Assembly: GCA_008632985.1 (NCBI GenBank)
Contig: QPGO01000285.1
Location: 1-64,000 of the forward strand
Reading direction: 5' to 3'
Source of the DNA: Psammoneis japonica
Lineage: Eukaryota
Length of the DNA: 64,000 nt
The notes under the pieces were generated by a model. The model worked only from the letters and a program-made list of their open reading frames with translations. It was not told the DNA's origin and made no database searches. Position 1 is the stretch's first letter; every line of letters starts with the position of its first letter. Positions 62,779-64,000 of this stretch are shown here, piece by piece. The position numbers were made by a program, and so were the translations under genes.

Positions 62779-63174
62779 ATGGGGAAAGGTTCGAACGTCC
62801 AGAAAGCGCAGGCAGCGAGAGAACGAAACCAGAAGAAACAAGGGAAAAGCGAAGAAGAACGCCGCGCCGCTTCCGACAAGGCAAATAAGGACAAGTCAGC
62901 ATTTGTTTGTCTCTTGTGTCGCCAGACCTTTATGGTAAACGCACGTCCGCCCGTGTTGTACCTTCATGTTACTTCCAAGCACCCCGCAGGCACCGATCCA
63001 GTGAGTTGCTTTCCGTCTCTAAAAGATTATGATCCCAACGACCCCAAAGGAGAGAAGAAAGCGGCAGCAGAAAAAGCAGGTGGGGCCGCCAAATCCAAAA
63101 AGAAAAAGAAGCAAGAGGATAATCTTGACGATTTGCTTGATGCGGGATTGAGTAAGGGCAAAAAGAAAAAATAA
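62779..63174 (+). CDS. Small 4F5/ZNF706-like zinc-binding protein (131 aa)
   Basis: MGKGSNVQKAQAARERNQKK...CLLCRQTF...LYLHVTSKH (C2H2-like), Lys-rich tail. Confidence 0.8.
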   Translation: MGKGSNVQKAQAARERNQKKQGKSEEERRAASDKANKDKSAFVCLLCRQTFMVNARPPVLYLHVTSKHPAGTDPVSCFPSLKDYDPNDPKGEKKAAAEKAGGAAKSKKKKKQEDNLDDLLDAGLSKGKKKK

Positions 63175-64000
63175 GCAATGCTGGCGTTCATAGTAATGCT
63201 GAGCAGGACATTGACATTAGAAACCAAGATGAACGGAGAGACAGCAGAAATCAAAGCACCCATGCTGTTTGTCGTACCGTAACAGGTTTATTGATGATGA
63301 TCAGTATAGACTTGCATGCTTCAATACTGCCTTTCCGTTCGATTTGTATCATTTCCTGTTTGTTTCGTGGGCCCGATGTTTGCTTGACTGATGTGTACCG
63401 TTAGGGTTTCTCAGTTTGTCGGAGGCAAGCGCAAAGGAAACATGAAATCTACTTTGTAGCCTAGTCGCACCACCGTAGCTCTACAGACAAACTTTGTGAC
63501 TGGACTAATATACCTTTGCGATTGACCACCGTCTTGGGTACAATGCACGGTGGGCATTCGCCCATGCTCACCGCGAGGTTCCAGAAGATCTGTGTGATTC
63601 GTATGATGCCGTTACCTATTTGGGCGCGGATACCGAAGCCGGAGGGGTCGTTTAAACTTATCGTCGAGATGCGGATATGCAACTTTTGGGAAAAGAGTGA
63701 AATCTAACCGACATGTCGGACTTCCTACGTCAATGTCCTCGTGCCCGGCGCGGCGGGTGCAAGCTCGCTGCCGTCATGGTCCGTCCAAGACAACTTTAAA
63801 GAAATCTTATAGGGATTTCCTGTCTTGCATAAGAGACTTGAGAGCCTAGCCCAAGTTCGGCCGACGGCATAGCAGGTACCCGAGGCTTTTGTCTCTTGTT
63901 TCCTTTCTATGGTGTGTCGCTACCTAGTTTCCGTAGTTGGCGTTCGTGGTTGTCAAACCAAGAAATGCGGATAAAGATGTGGAATCCAGCTAGTCAGACG

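Noticed and set aside
63461..63900. Gene at the right edge
   Set aside because: Only short ORFs without recognisable motifs; cannot be supported from this window.

Overview
Eukaryotic genomic DNA, almost certainly from a diatom: it has an intron-containing nuclear psbU with a signal peptide plus 'AFAP' bipartite plastid-targeting motif, diatom-type Ty1/copia elements, and a Lys/Ser/Pro-rich secreted protein. The window splits sharply in two. (1) Positions 1 to ~45,900 are a nested graveyard of repeats: two satellite families, two near full-length copia LTR retrotransposons, about 10 copies of a MITE family with 4-bp TSDs, a foldback-like element, and a Plavaka-type DNA transposon with accessory ORFs. 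In this domain the dinucleotide TpA has been almost erased. Conserved Tyr codons read Cys or His (RT YVDD -> CVDD), and aligned repeat copies show TA/TG/CA at the same site. This points to a strand-symmetric, repeat-restricted TpA->TpG/CpA hypermutation, the mirror image of fungal RIP, superimposed on ordinary CpG decay. (2) From ~46,100 to 64,000 is ordinary gene-dense DNA with normal TpA/Tyr content: a Pro/Lys/Ser-rich secreted protein, psbU, the DNA polymerase alpha catalytic subunit, an RRM + FtsJ-type methyltransferase, two hypothetical membrane proteins and a ZNF706-like protein. All counts and alignments were made by eye, and coordinates of degraded elements are approximate.
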